Below are positions 13,575 through 26,700 of a stretch of 64,000 bases of DNA, in pieces. Under the pieces are notes generated by a model, which saw only the letters and a program-made list of their open reading frames with translations, was not told where the DNA came from and ran no database searches. Position 1 is the first letter of the stretch, and each line of letters begins with the position of its first letter. The stretch comes from Bugula neritina. Its lineage: Eukaryota; Animalia; Bryozoa. The translations under genes and the position numbers were made by a program. Where the stretch lies: positions 9,662,722 through 9,726,721 of the forward strand of contig OZ037766.1 in the NCBI GenBank assembly GCA_964035545.1, in the 5' to 3' direction.

Positions 13575-13660
13575 AGACAGCTAGGATTCAAACCTAAGAT
13601 CTCTTCATTCTTATTCAAATTATCATTATTTACCTTACCAACTATTCCACCTGGGCTATA
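13575..13660 (-). mobile_element. Possible degenerate tRNA-derived SINE head
   Basis: Minus strand shows A-box-like TGGAATAGTTGG and B-box-like GGTTTGAATCC. Confidence 0.3.
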
Positions 13661-14601
13661 GCACTTATGGAATAAATATTCTATACTGAACAGATTTAGC
13701 TTCCAATTTTTAAATATAATATTAATAGTTACTTATTTTACATTTACCAACTAAGTAAAAGTTATTTAGTTGTTAGTCACGCTATTGATCGAATAACTTA
13801 AATACCTAAAAAAAATTATCTCCAGTTATAAAAAGGAGCCTAAATATATCTTGCTGGGTATATAGTCAGCTCAAATAAGAAATTACGATTGATATTAAAT
13901 GATAATGTGAAATGAAATTGGTAAATTTGCTAATTAAATTAATTTTTATTTTAAATTTTATTAATAATTAATACTAAAAGTAGAGGTCAAGCCGTTGAAA
14001 TGAAAGCTATGTTTCATCAGTTATGCTAGTCTCCTGTTGGATGACACACTGTTAGAACAATGTGAATTTGATTGAACCTAATTTTTATTGTATTTGTTAT
14101 AGTTTTGCATAACATTTATTTTTCGTTTATTACTAAATGATATCATTGTTTTCAATGATTATATTTTAATACAGCAATATCATATAGAATAGCAGTGTAA
14201 TAAGAAAAACAATTATATATTGATCCGTAACAACTCGTATTTGTATTATGGAATATTGTAAAAATTTGGTTGGAAGGTTTAGTTTTTATAACTTTACAAT
14301 TCTGAATGGAAAAGTACTTAAAAGAGATGTGTTTATTTGCATAATGCAATAGTTGATATAATTTTTTTTTTAAAGCTTTAGAAATATAAAAATAATTTAT
14401 AATGCAGCATTTTTTTAAATTAATTAATATGTTTTATACCCAGCTGATGGGTTAAACGTCAATTTAGAAATGTCAGTCTGTATTACATTAATATTTGTGA
14501 ATTCAGTTTGTATAAGTTACTATTTGTGTACTATTTATTGGAGGAGTGCACCAAGCATCTTGTGCTTATAACAAGTAGTTTTCCCTGGCAGGTCTGATTA
14601 C

Positions 14602-17600
14602 ATGGAAATGGACATGGTGAGTTAATAACTCTTTACGATTATACGCTAGAGTGTAAGTAGATCTTTGCTAGTTGATTGTATTGCTATCATTCATATAGAT
14701 ATGCTTAGGAAATTGACAGTTCTTGAAATCTATATGTTGTAGGCGACTATGAAAGATCTGTTTAAGAACATTATATTTGGACAAGATGAATTTAAAAGTA
14801 AGCTTACTTTCGTCTTTTTCGATCTGCCCATTGCTAAGAGCCTGCTCATTTTATAATCTTCATTTGGTTTTCATATAATTTCTTGTTAGAAAGCCACTCA
14901 TTATACTCTGATCTGATTTAATTTCGCTAAACTTTTTAATTTACAGTATTAAAATATCATATTTTTTATTAACCAAAACATTGTCTACAAAGTTTTTTTG
15001 CCAATTGTTTGTAAATTCCAAAAGCCAGACTTCACAGTGTCTACACAATTTTACCTTATTTAAGAGTTGTCTTTCTCCGAAATAGTGTTATCTAAGGAGT
15101 TATCTACACAACCTTGTTGATGATGTGAATGAAAAATCTCAATGCTGACATTATAGCTATTGATATTCTTTCTAAGGGTATATTTATACGTATATAAAAC
15201 AATGGATTTATAAGCCTGAAGTACTAATATTCAACATGAGGGGATTTTACATATTTGTTTTATTATATTGCCCTTTATTAGATATATAATTGATAGAAAT
15301 CTAATCATTCAATTAGGTTGTGATTTTTAAGTAAAAAAGGATTTTTGAAAAAATGTTACATGTTAGGGATGAGGGAGGCGACTGGGAAGTTGTTTAACAC
15401 TAATTGAAAGGCTGTTGTGTATATGGCTACTAATATACAATATATTGAATGCAACTGATGATCTAACAGTTTCACTTGTGGTTCAAATATTTTTATTCTC
15501 AGTAACGATACTATGGTGACCTGCAAACTGACTATTGTTCTAAATATTGCTTGCTCTGCTGGCCTGTAGATATGAGAATTTATTCAGCTACACACGAAAT
15601 CAATGGCTCATTCTACTGCACTACTTGTCAGTCTGTGATGCCCCAATTGTAAAAAAGTAACTTGTCAAAATTCATGCATAAACTTAACTGCTTGTATTGA
15701 GTGGGCTCGTTTATGCATGTGAAACTGATATGTACCGAATTGTACATTTCAGATGGCAATGGAGTGTTATATGATGGTGAAGATAGCTTCTCTGGCAGTG
15801 ATTATTCAGATGGTGTGTTGTACACTTCCCAAGTACATTTAAATTAAGTTCTAGATTACCATTTGGCTGTGCCAACTTCTATTGCCATTGGTGCATTTAT
15901 GGCATAATTGCACTGCTTTGGAAAATATTTGACTGAATGATTAATGGAGATATTATCATTTTGGTTGCAATTGATTGATGTATTACAAGACTGCACTGTT
16001 TTTCAGTGTGAATTACATAATGCTTTTGTTGCTTAACTCTATTGATTTTTCAAGCAAATAATTGATCGGCTTTATCATTCCTGATTCATATAGATTGTTG
16101 GCTATTGGAAATATTGGTCACATGTCGTTCTTGTATCAGGTCAAAGTACGAGGTGCAAGGTGTTTAAAGGTGTATTGATTGTGTTTTGGTAGATATATAA
16201 TTGAATAATAATGGAAATAAACTACACAATATTGTGTGATGATCACTTTAAGATTGACGTTTGTTTTTTTACAGATGCATACAATGAAGTTAAAAGTAAA
16301 TCTCAGGAAGTAAGTGCTTTTGTACTAACTAAAAGGCATTTCTATGTACATCTTAATCATGTGGCCGTAAATGGTTTGATGCATGTATTGTACATTAAAC
16401 ATGGAGCTGTGGTCATTATATAAAAAAATCCTTTAGTTTGACTTATTTTTCGCGGCTGGTTATAATGCACAGATTTCTTTGTACAATGCTTTCTGGCATT
16501 AATGAAGTCTTTAAGCTTTAGAACCCACTTCAGATACTTCGAGATTGGTCTCTATTATGTTATCAGCTTTAAAACGACTTTTTTCTCAATAAATTAGAAT
16601 AGTGATCTAATGGCTAAAGAACTAATCAGTGAAGAGGAAAAAGAAAAACGAAAAGCAGAAAAACGCCGAGCAAAGAAAAAAGTTGGTATATTTATGCAAG
16701 AATCATTTAATGATTTTAGCTAAAATTTCTAGAATTTAGGTTATTTGCATATAAGTGTTTGCAAATTGCTAAGCCTGGTTAAAAGATTGTTTAACTTGCT
16801 ACTATATTTTTAATCCAATTTGCTCGAACACCATGCTTTATCTGAAATTTTCATATTGGTAAAAATCTAATTGCTGTTCAGATACTAAGTTTCTTGTAAG
16901 TTTTTTTATTCTTCAACTCTGGTGCAACTCATAGAAAATGCTTTCCTTTTTCTGGGATTAAATGTGATGTTCTTTTTATGGTTTTGTAGAAGCGAAGAGA
17001 AAAGAAAAAACAAGAGAAAGAATTAGAACATATCAATAAAAGTGGTGCTACAGACAGTAAAAATGATACACCTAATGGTATAAGGTTTGTCATCGCCTTT
17101 TTAGTCGTATTTAACATGTAATTTTTGTTAAAACTTGATTCTAAGGTATGACATCAGCAACTATGTGACTGTTAGATATCCATTAAGATAAAATCCCACG
17201 AACATTGCTCTTGTAACACTTGGGATCCCTTATCATTAAGTTCTACTCAATACTTCTTCAGCCTTGAGTTTAGGGCTTGGCACAGGTTGCAGTTGGTAAA
17301 GTTCAACATTTTTTCAGCTATAATCATCTAATACCTGACTTGCTGTATATTTATGTTAAACCTGATTAAACTAGTCTCATTTATCTATCTGCTAAATGAT
17401 GGTTTTATCAGCAAGCTGACCGGCCATGCTTCATGTCATAGTAAGAAGATAGGTGTAGTGCCATGTGACTGTTTGTTATCTTTCTCAGGTCATCAGATGA
17501 AGGGGAAGGGATCGATCCAAATGCCGCCTTCGTTAAGCAAAGTAAAAAGAAAAAAAGTGAAACAATCTCAGCAAAGCCCGATAACATTAGTTCTGTTCCA

Positions 17601-18645
17601 ACGCCTTTCACTAGCAAGAAAGGTGATAGTTCAGAAGTAAGTAAATGGTAGTGCTCAATAAGCTTATTGACTGTTGAAAACGTAATTTTCAGGCCTCACT
17701 TGTTTTGTCTGACTGATTTATAATGCTTTTAACTTTAGCCGAGAGAGCTAAGCAGCGGGATGACAAAAAAGAGTCGCCTAATAGCAAGTAAGTGAGCTCT
17801 AAATTAGTTGAATATTTCAGCTTATCTGGTATACTGCGCATTTCTGGAGATTACTAGATGGTACATCCAGGGTATTTTGTAACTTTTAGTAATTCTTACA
17901 TTTCCTTAACAAAAATAGGTCTGCAATTTATTTTATTTAGTTTCAATTATGAATATAAATTCATTAATTTCGTTTCTTTTTCATTTACTGCTTAAACTGT
18001 CAAATAACCGCAAAATTTATTTCCCCAAACTTCATTATTTGTTCTACATTTCAGTAGCTTCATGGCATAAGTAATACTATAGAAATGTTAAGGGTTATCA
18101 AGTAATACTTGCTACTTAGAACTCATGTGAATATGTCCGGTTAGAATGTACTCCATGCAAACCTCCTGGAAATATTACGTTTGACACGAAAAGACTAATT
18201 ATGTTGTAAGCTTGTGGTCAGAGGAATCTTTTAAGATACAATTTTCATGGTCACCCTATCATTAATAGCTTTGTTTTTGTTTTCACATTTGAACATTCTT
18301 TAGTCTAAATGCAAGCTCATTGGTTGTGTACAATTACTTATGTAAGAGCTTACTTGTAGAATTGGTGGATTATATGTGATCTTTTTGCAGTTTTACATAC
18401 CTCTACTAATCACCTGTCCTATCCTACTTCATCATACCCCTGTATAATCGCCTGCTAACTCCATCTATCCATGTCTATGTTTTAACTAATCTCACTTGGT
18501 CTGTTGGCCTAAGTCAAAATTTGTGCTCAACATGTCAGTGATGTATGTTATGTTATATATGTTGTATATATGCTACATAAATTATTTATATATTTATATG
18601 TTACATATGTTATATATATGCTACATATGTCATATGTTATATATG

Positions 18646-18725
<80 letters not shown>

Positions 18726-21700
18726 CATATGTTTTTTATATATATATATATGTTACATATGTTATATTTGTTATGATACTAGTCATTTATGTACTTGCAA
18801 AACTTCTTTCCGTTATTTTGTTGAGTTATTTTGAATTATGAAGTTTTTAATGAAAATTTTTGTAAGGGAATTATGATTTGCTAAATACTAGTGTATATAT
18901 AAGCAGATAAATGGAGACCGGTTTACATCTGTATTCATCGAGCACTAATATCATTTAGCAATGTGAAGTGGGAAACTGTTCATTACTCCTCCTTTAAAGT
19001 TTATTTATATATGTGTAGACAATAAGTTTACTGTTGTCCATAACATGGTGACAGCCCACTTGTCATGTAGGTAGTTTATAGTTTATTGAATGTTGTACAC
19101 GATATCCATAACTCTGCATATGCAGTGTTACAGTAAGGTTGTGATGTCTATGCTATATACATACTGTGATGTCTATGCTATATACATACTGTGGTGTACA
19201 TGCTATGCATACAGACAGTGGTAATGAAGCTGCTCATCGAGGGGACTATCCACTAGCCATTCTGCAGTTTTCGGAAGCCATAAAACTTGAACCCTGTGAT
19301 TACAGATTCTTCGGCAATAGATCTTATTGCTATGATAGGATAATGCAATTTGATAAGTATGTACATGTATATAGAACGATGTAAAGTTTTAGTAGAGATA
19401 CATTTAGAATTCTGGTATATAAGTAATGCTTTCTTTTATTTTGGGCAAAAGTATGATCAACCGTGTGATTGAGCTGCATAAGATATAATATTATATTCCC
19501 TTATCATGTTTAAAATAATTCAGTGTTCCTTGAATGAACCGAAAATAACAAATGATATTGATTCTTGTATATCACTTTTGCTTGACAAAATTGTTAGTTT
19601 TTCTAAAGAATGTCTCTTTGGTTATTTGACTGAATTCTTGATGTTTTTGCTTTACATATGATTAATGTAATTAATTATTTACCTTATCTTCGTTAGTAAA
19701 AAATCATAAATTAGTAATTAGTCATGTAACTTTGAAATTGGAAAGATTGTAAAATTTTAGAGCTTTGGCTGATGCTGATAAATGTATAGAGCTCTCACCT
19801 GATTGGCCCAAAGGATATTTTAGAAAAGGTAGAGCGTTGGCTGGAATGAAGGTACATTTCTTTAGTTTTGTGTTCAATAAGGTTTTGGGAATGGCTGTTC
19901 ACTAGATGTAAAGTAACCCATACATGGGATTAGTGTTAAGTTCTGGGCAAACAGGCTAGTGGAGACGCAAGCCTGTTTGCCAAAATGTGTATTTGAATAG
20001 TTTTTTTGTCATCAGCAATTTCATTGCTATAATGGATTCATTAATACCAGTAGGTTTGAGTAGGAAATACCAGCATCCAATGCAGCCTGAAATTTAACAT
20101 TGTGGCCCAAACTTCCTGCTGCTTGTGATGAGTAGCTGAACCATTATGTCTAATTCTACGTGACTCAGCTTATTGTAAATGAATGTTGGTATTCATATTC
20201 AAATTGGTGAGCACCTCTGCAGTTTTGGTGAAACACTGATGTCTAACTTGTTGCTCTCTTGTATAGCTATTCGCTGATGCTGAGAAGTCTTTCATGCAAG
20301 TACTAAAGCTGGATAAAACCTGCGAAGAAGCGACCAAAGAACTATCTCGTGTACGAACTCAGCAACTCATAGATATGGGATTTTCTCCTCAAGAATCTGA
20401 AAAAGCAGTTCTCACTAAAAATACGTTACAACAAGCTCTGGACATGCTCTTAGCTGGTGTTGGTGAGTTGTTACATACGACCGTTCTCTCAAAGTGATAC
20501 AAATTAGAATTAAATTACCTTCTACTAGATGCATAACTAAGTTTTGGTGGTGGTGGGGGGGGGGGGGTTATTACATTAATCTATTCAACTAATGGTCTTT
20601 TAATGTTATCTTAACACTTGCTCAAGTCTTGCACATAATTTTTGTTGAAGTGCTATTTAGATAAAATATGTTGATAATTATCACTTACTAACATGTTGAT
20701 AGACTTTCTTACCATATTTCATTCAGTTTTCAATGTATTTATTCTATTTGCAGTTTTAGTTTAACTATCGTATAATTTATTAATTTTAATGCTTTAGGTT
20801 CTGAAATGACTTTATCTGGTGAAGATGTTTATGTCTCTGATGATGAAGTTGAAGATCATGGAGTTACGTCAGCATTTGCACCTGTCGTGTCCACTGGCGT
20901 TTCCCAGCCCTTGCAATATTCTGTAAAATCATCAAAAACATTATCCAATAATCAACATACTGAAGCATTTAGCGAAGAGAAAAAAATGGAGTAAGTGGGA
21001 TTTAGACTACAGGTTTATTTTCATTGTGCATATAAATGTACATTAAATGATATCTCGTAGTTGGGCCACAGTCTATAGAATGTAAGTGTGCAGCCGACTT
21101 AATGAATGGTGTAAATTGTTGACTTCAAAAATGATTTATATACTAAGAGCTAAACTGACTTTCTTGAAAGTTACTGTTGATAGTTTGAGTAGTTGAAATA
21201 ATGGCGACGTATCAACTATTACTTACACAGTATCAACTACTACTTACACAGTATCAACTATTACTTACACAGTATCAACTATTACTTACACAGTATTAAC
21301 TATTACTTACACATTATCAACTATTACTTACATAGTATCAGCTATTACTTACACAGTATCAACTATTACTTACACAGTATTAACTATTACTTACACAGTA
21401 TCAACTACTACTTACATAGTGTCAACTATTACTTACATAGTATCATCTATTACTTACACAGTATCAACTATTACTTACACAGTATCAACTATTACTTGCA
21501 TAGTATCAACTATTACTTACACAGTGTTAACTACTACTTATACAGTATCAACTAAGCGCTCAAAGGTAGTACGAATACCACTAACAGTATATTCAATTTT
21601 TCCACACGAGAGATGAGTTCAGTATTAAATTGGTGACTACTTTCATGAATAGTTCCTGGATGCAATGCAAAAAAGGAAATGATGCTCTTCAGTATTGTTT

Positions 21701-23777
21701 AGACACTTTAAGTTCAAATTAATTAGTACCATATTCTTTAATATTTGTCATCTTCCTGTTTTTTATTGTCATCACACCTACTTTTTATGGATGTGTGGTT
21801 TTAAGATGGAAATGCAGTGAAGTTATCTAACTGATTCCTCAAGCTTGATTATGTTCAAGATTTTAGCAACCTGACCTGTCAATATATTATACAGATGAAC
21901 AGTTGCAACAAGGCGGTTTTATAGGCTTATTATTGCAGTGGTTGTCCTTCTAATACTTGATACTTGTTATTGATGGTGCTATAAAGTATAAATAATGCAA
22001 TACTTGCTAATATATATCTGGTATGCATGCTGATGGGTATCCAAACAATATACATAATATTACTCATGCTTGTTTATGTATATGTGTGTCCATGCAGATT
22101 CATACATGCTAGGCGTAAATAAGTGTCCTAGTATATTCTGAATGATAATATGGGATAAAAATAATATATTTGAAATTATTATACGTTGTGACTTGATATA
22201 TAATGATACCAATTGGGATATTGGGAAATATTCTAGCCTTACCAGTAGTTACTGCTATGTACTTGGTATCTTGTATAACTCTATTCATAATGATATGCAA
22301 AACTTTTCCTTTCAGTCCAACTAATCCTGAAGGTTTAACAGCATTGTGGGTTGGCAATGTGTTACCAACAGTAAAGGAATCGGATCTACAGAATTTATTC
22401 AACAGGTGACAGTGTTCTTCTTAATTTTACTCTGCCTTCTCCCATTAGTTTGCGCTACTGGCTAAACCATTTGCAACTTTGAAGAATTTTATCTAAAATC
22501 CAAAAGATGATTTGTTTGCAGTCAACTATTTGATGTGGATAATTGGATGAGTGTTAAAGGAGTTGTGATGAGTTTAAATGAAACTGCGGTTTTGGCAGCT
22601 GTGTGACTTTGTTATCAGACACTTGAGCTTTTAGGTGTAGCATTCCTGATTAGTTGTGATGTCTTTCCAAATTTTGTGAATTTTCTGATAATCATTGTAT
22701 AAAGGCATTCTTCAAGTGCCTGGCATGTACAATTGATTATGCCAAATAGCTGTTTACTGACATCTCTTAACACCACCTGCAGTCTTTGTAATGTTCATCA
22801 GTGTCTTCTCATGTAATGACTAAGCATTTGAAATAAATGAGTGTCACATTTGTAAAATAATAATGTTGTCTGTTGTAAACTTTGCATCTAGTATATTGGT
22901 AGTCTTACTATTCCTAGATATGGGCATGTGTCAAGTGTAAGATGTCTGCCTGAAAAATATTGTGCATTTGTCAACTTCAAATCTAAAGAAGCAGCTGGAA
23001 AAGCAATGAATGCGTTACAAGTATGTTACATAGATACTTATGCTCCCCTAGGGATTTTTCGGTTTCGGTGTTAGAATTTTGTGCACGATTTTAGAAAAGG
23101 GATGCTTAGCTTTTTTGCGATATAAGAAAGAGCTTTTGGCCTGGGCCAAAAATTGATTGTTGATTTTTTTCTAGCAGAAAGAAATAAATGAAGGAAGTTT
23201 ATAAAAAGTTTAGAATTGTTTTTGCTGGTACTAATTGGTCATGCTTAGTTAGGAACTTATTCCAAAGCAATAAAAATTTGTAGCCTTTCTAGTCAAGGTC
23301 ACATCAGTCTGAGACTAAATGTGGTCTTAAAGTCACTTGCTTTATTATCATATAATTATTTGTTCACTTTACCCTTGTGCTTTTTAAGAATCATGAAGTT
23401 CAAGGACAACATTTACTAATAAAATTTCCTGACAACCCTATAGCAACAAATGGAATTTCTGGGGTTGCAAAGTTGACGAAGCAAGCCACATCTCAACCTG
23501 GTCATAAACATGACCGCCGAGTTGCTCCGTCCGCTGAATCACTGTAAGTGTAACTGTAAGCTCTGAAAAGATCAACTTCAAAACAAATGTCTACCTCTTG
23601 GGATAATTTCTACAGAACTGATCTGTTTGCAGGGCAAGTAAAGTAAGTGGGCCAGTTAATGGTGATGAATGCTATTTCTGGAGAACTACTGGTTGTCAAT
23701 TTGGTGCAAAGTGTAGATGGAAACATATACCTGAAAGTCGCGGCATTGATAAAAAGCCATGGCAGAGAGTTAAATAA
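14602..23777 (+). CDS. TTC31-like protein with coiled coil, 3 TPRs, UBA-like, RRM and CCCH zinc finger; ~16 coding exons
   Basis: MAKELISEEEKEKRKAEKRRAKKKKRREKKK; SRLIANSGNEAAHRGDY..FFGNRSYCY; ALADADKCIELSPDWPKGYFRKGRAL; QLIDMGFSPQESEKA; LWVGNV..YCAFVNF; ECYFWRTTGCQFGAKCRWKH; TAA 23775-23777. The start exon (14602-14616) is less certain. Confidence 0.85.
18540..18775. repeat. (TA)n microsatellite with degenerate TATATGT flanks
   Basis: Pure TA run at ~18648-18722. Confidence 0.95.
21209..21553. repeat. Intronic 21-bp minisatellite, ~16 copies
   Basis: Unit GTATCAACTATTACTTACACA. Confidence 0.95.
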
Positions 23778-26700
23778 CATTTATATATTATTTACCCATT
23801 AAATATTAATGAAATTTTGACAGAAACTGATAATAATACGAGCACTTTTAGCTACTTATATTGTCGCAGACATTTAGATAAACAGTGCACAATAATGTTA
23901 TAATGCATAAAAAACAATGTGCTATTTTCCTTTTTGATGATAATTTTGTTACTCTGTAATAAAACAAGTTAGAAATTTCATCTAAAGGATGTTGATTTGT
24001 TCTAAGAGGATACAAAGTTATTTCTAGTGAGACAGTTTTACATTGAGCCAAATCAAAATATTATCATCAGCCACAACATTGATTATTTTAAAAAGATGTG
24101 TCAATTAGAATATTTACACTTTTTTTAGAATAAATAGTACGAAAGGCTTATTCACGAATTAGGAATCAACCGGTTGTACAAATATTCTGATTATTCTTAG
24201 TGTTCATGCAATGATTCAGCAAAATATTATTTATTAAGCTAGCATTAAAATTGGTAATTCTTTCTGAAGCATAATTTGGCTCTTGCTCATCAAATTGATG
24301 TCTATCAACTGCTCTGTCTCAGCAGTATCTGAGCTCTTGTAACAGTTCACCACTCACTAACCAGCTGGAAGCCAAGATAGAATTATGTTGCAATGAAAAT
24401 TTTCTTAAAGGTTGGTGTGTGGTGAAGATTTATTAAAAGAAGATTCCACAAATAAATTACTGCACTGTACTCTAACCAATTTGAGTCAGATATGTCTTGA
24501 AGGAAATGCACTTGGCTGGCCACAATATTGCCGTGAGGCTTTCTGATTGGCCAAATTCTGCCTTTAACATCTGGTGCAGATAAATTATGGATGTGGTAAA
24601 TTCCAAGACAAAAGATGTTAATAATGAGGCTGTTTCTTACAGAGCACAAGCTCCCTTGTTTATGTAATGACTTTTAATTTTATGTTGTAAGATTGTTTAG
24701 CCATACAAATGTTATAGGTCAATATTGGCTCTTTATTGTATTATATTTATCGTTTGTTCCAATGTCAAACTAATAGTGATATCCTTGCTTACAATGATTC
24801 ATTCATCAGCCACAAACAAAATTCAACAAAACTCTATGTTTACTTTGGCTTTCCTTATTATATATCATTCTACAAGTAAGCAGCCACTTCTTGGCCAACT
24901 AACTAACGACAATGTAATGTACATGCATTACAGCTTCTTATAAACACACATGCAACAATTCATATTGAAATTACGTAGATAGACCAAATAATTTGGAATA
25001 GAATGCAATATTGACTGGTGATTTAATACTCATATCTAGCAGCTATAATTTTTAAATTAGTACGCCAAAACTTTTCTTCCTGCAACTTAAATAGAGAGAA
25101 GCAAATAACGTGAGAAAATTCCCAAGTTACTAACATTAATTATCCTGTAGCCTACTAGGTAGTTTAAAAAGTTATTGTCCGACATAAAAGCAATATTTGT
25201 AATTTTGGAACTAAGAATTACAAACCCACATGCATCTAATATTTAAAATTCATGTTGGCATACGACAATAAGTAGTGGACCAGATTTGAGTTATGAGGTC
25301 GGTGCGTTTTCTTATTTTAATCTAGTATTTCTTGAACAAGTTTTACTTTATGTGAGAGATGTTAATTAAATAACATAAAAACTTTTTCATTTGCAAGTAA
25401 ACAGTTAACAGCAAGAAACATTGTTCACAAATAAAAAACTATTCTTTGCGAGTAATATTTTCTATTATTAATTAATGCGTGTCTTTGAGCAAGTGCATCA
25501 CCTGAGTTTTCAACCAAAGGTTATTAGAAAGCCACCTTAAACACCAAAGGGGAGATCAGTCTGGTTTATTTAGCATATACTTGGTTGTTTTTCTTATAAT
25601 TTCTGGTGCCATTCTGACATAATTCACAATTTTGAATTAATAACTGAATGCTGGATGTGAACACAAATAATATGTTGCTCATCCCTCCTATGTGCTGCTA
25701 AGTAGGCGAAATATTGAACTTCTAAGCAGTCAACTTTCAGCCTCATGCACATAAGAGAATTTGGTGTTAGATTATGCAACATGTTAAAAACAATAATACA
25801 GTATAAGTTATAACCTCACAAGAATTCAACACTGTTCATTTATAGGCTACTGTTCGTTTTTTTTTCCCACCTATACAACTCCACAGTTTCAGTTTCATAA
25901 GAATAAGTTCTTCCTTGTTTTTACACTACTTCTAATGCCACACACCTGTGCTTAGAACATTTAGGTGCAGAAGTGGAAGAATCCATTAGCCCAAGTTCTT
26001 TAATTTTGTTATAGATTTTGGTTTAGGGCACAAGATGAAATTCTTGGGAGAGCATAACTTCCTTTGCTACATTTTTCGTCTAAAACACAGACTTTCCCCA
26101 ATGTCTTCATTACTACGCTTACCTCTTAGGAAATATCATGTTAGCTAAAGAGGTTTTTGCAGTAATGTTGTATATATAACATATATTGTATAAGTACAAG
26201 CTTCATAAAACAGAGCTGTGGTAGCAACATCATCCAATGGTAGTTACTATCAATTTCAAGTTGTGTAACTGAACTAGCTGAGTTGTTCTTATCTTTACTC
26301 ATTAATAAAAAAACAAATATTATTTATAACCATACACAATCTCAATATACAGTAGCATTTAATGACTGTATGTTAGCATAGCCAAAACTTTACGGTAAAT
26401 GCTCTTTGCAAAGTTTGTGAAGGTTTATTTATTAACAAACAACTGTTACTATCTGAATAACACCAAAGCTCTGTTCAATCTAATGCATTGTCTAGTTTAT
26501 TATTGCAATAGCAGTGACAAACAAATAGAACTTGGCTATTAGTAGATAAAGCTTTCAAAGTCAAAGTTCTGTTAGTTTCTTTCAAGTTAAATTAATATAT
26601 ACATATTTTTACTAAAAACCATCTATTATAAGCAATTATTAGTATAAAGAAAATATATATGCTATATAATACAACATCACGTGCATATGACATGCATTCC

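Noticed and set aside
18496-18834. YI-repeat ORFs
   Set aside because: Translation of a (TA)n microsatellite
21209-21553. CRISPR-like array, or ORF 21419-21616
   Set aside because: Head-to-tail 21-mers without unique spacers in a eukaryotic intron; the ORF is a repeat artefact
24230-24365. Selenoprotein-like Cys-TGA readthrough frame on the minus strand
   Set aside because: No start, no SECIS and no family resemblance
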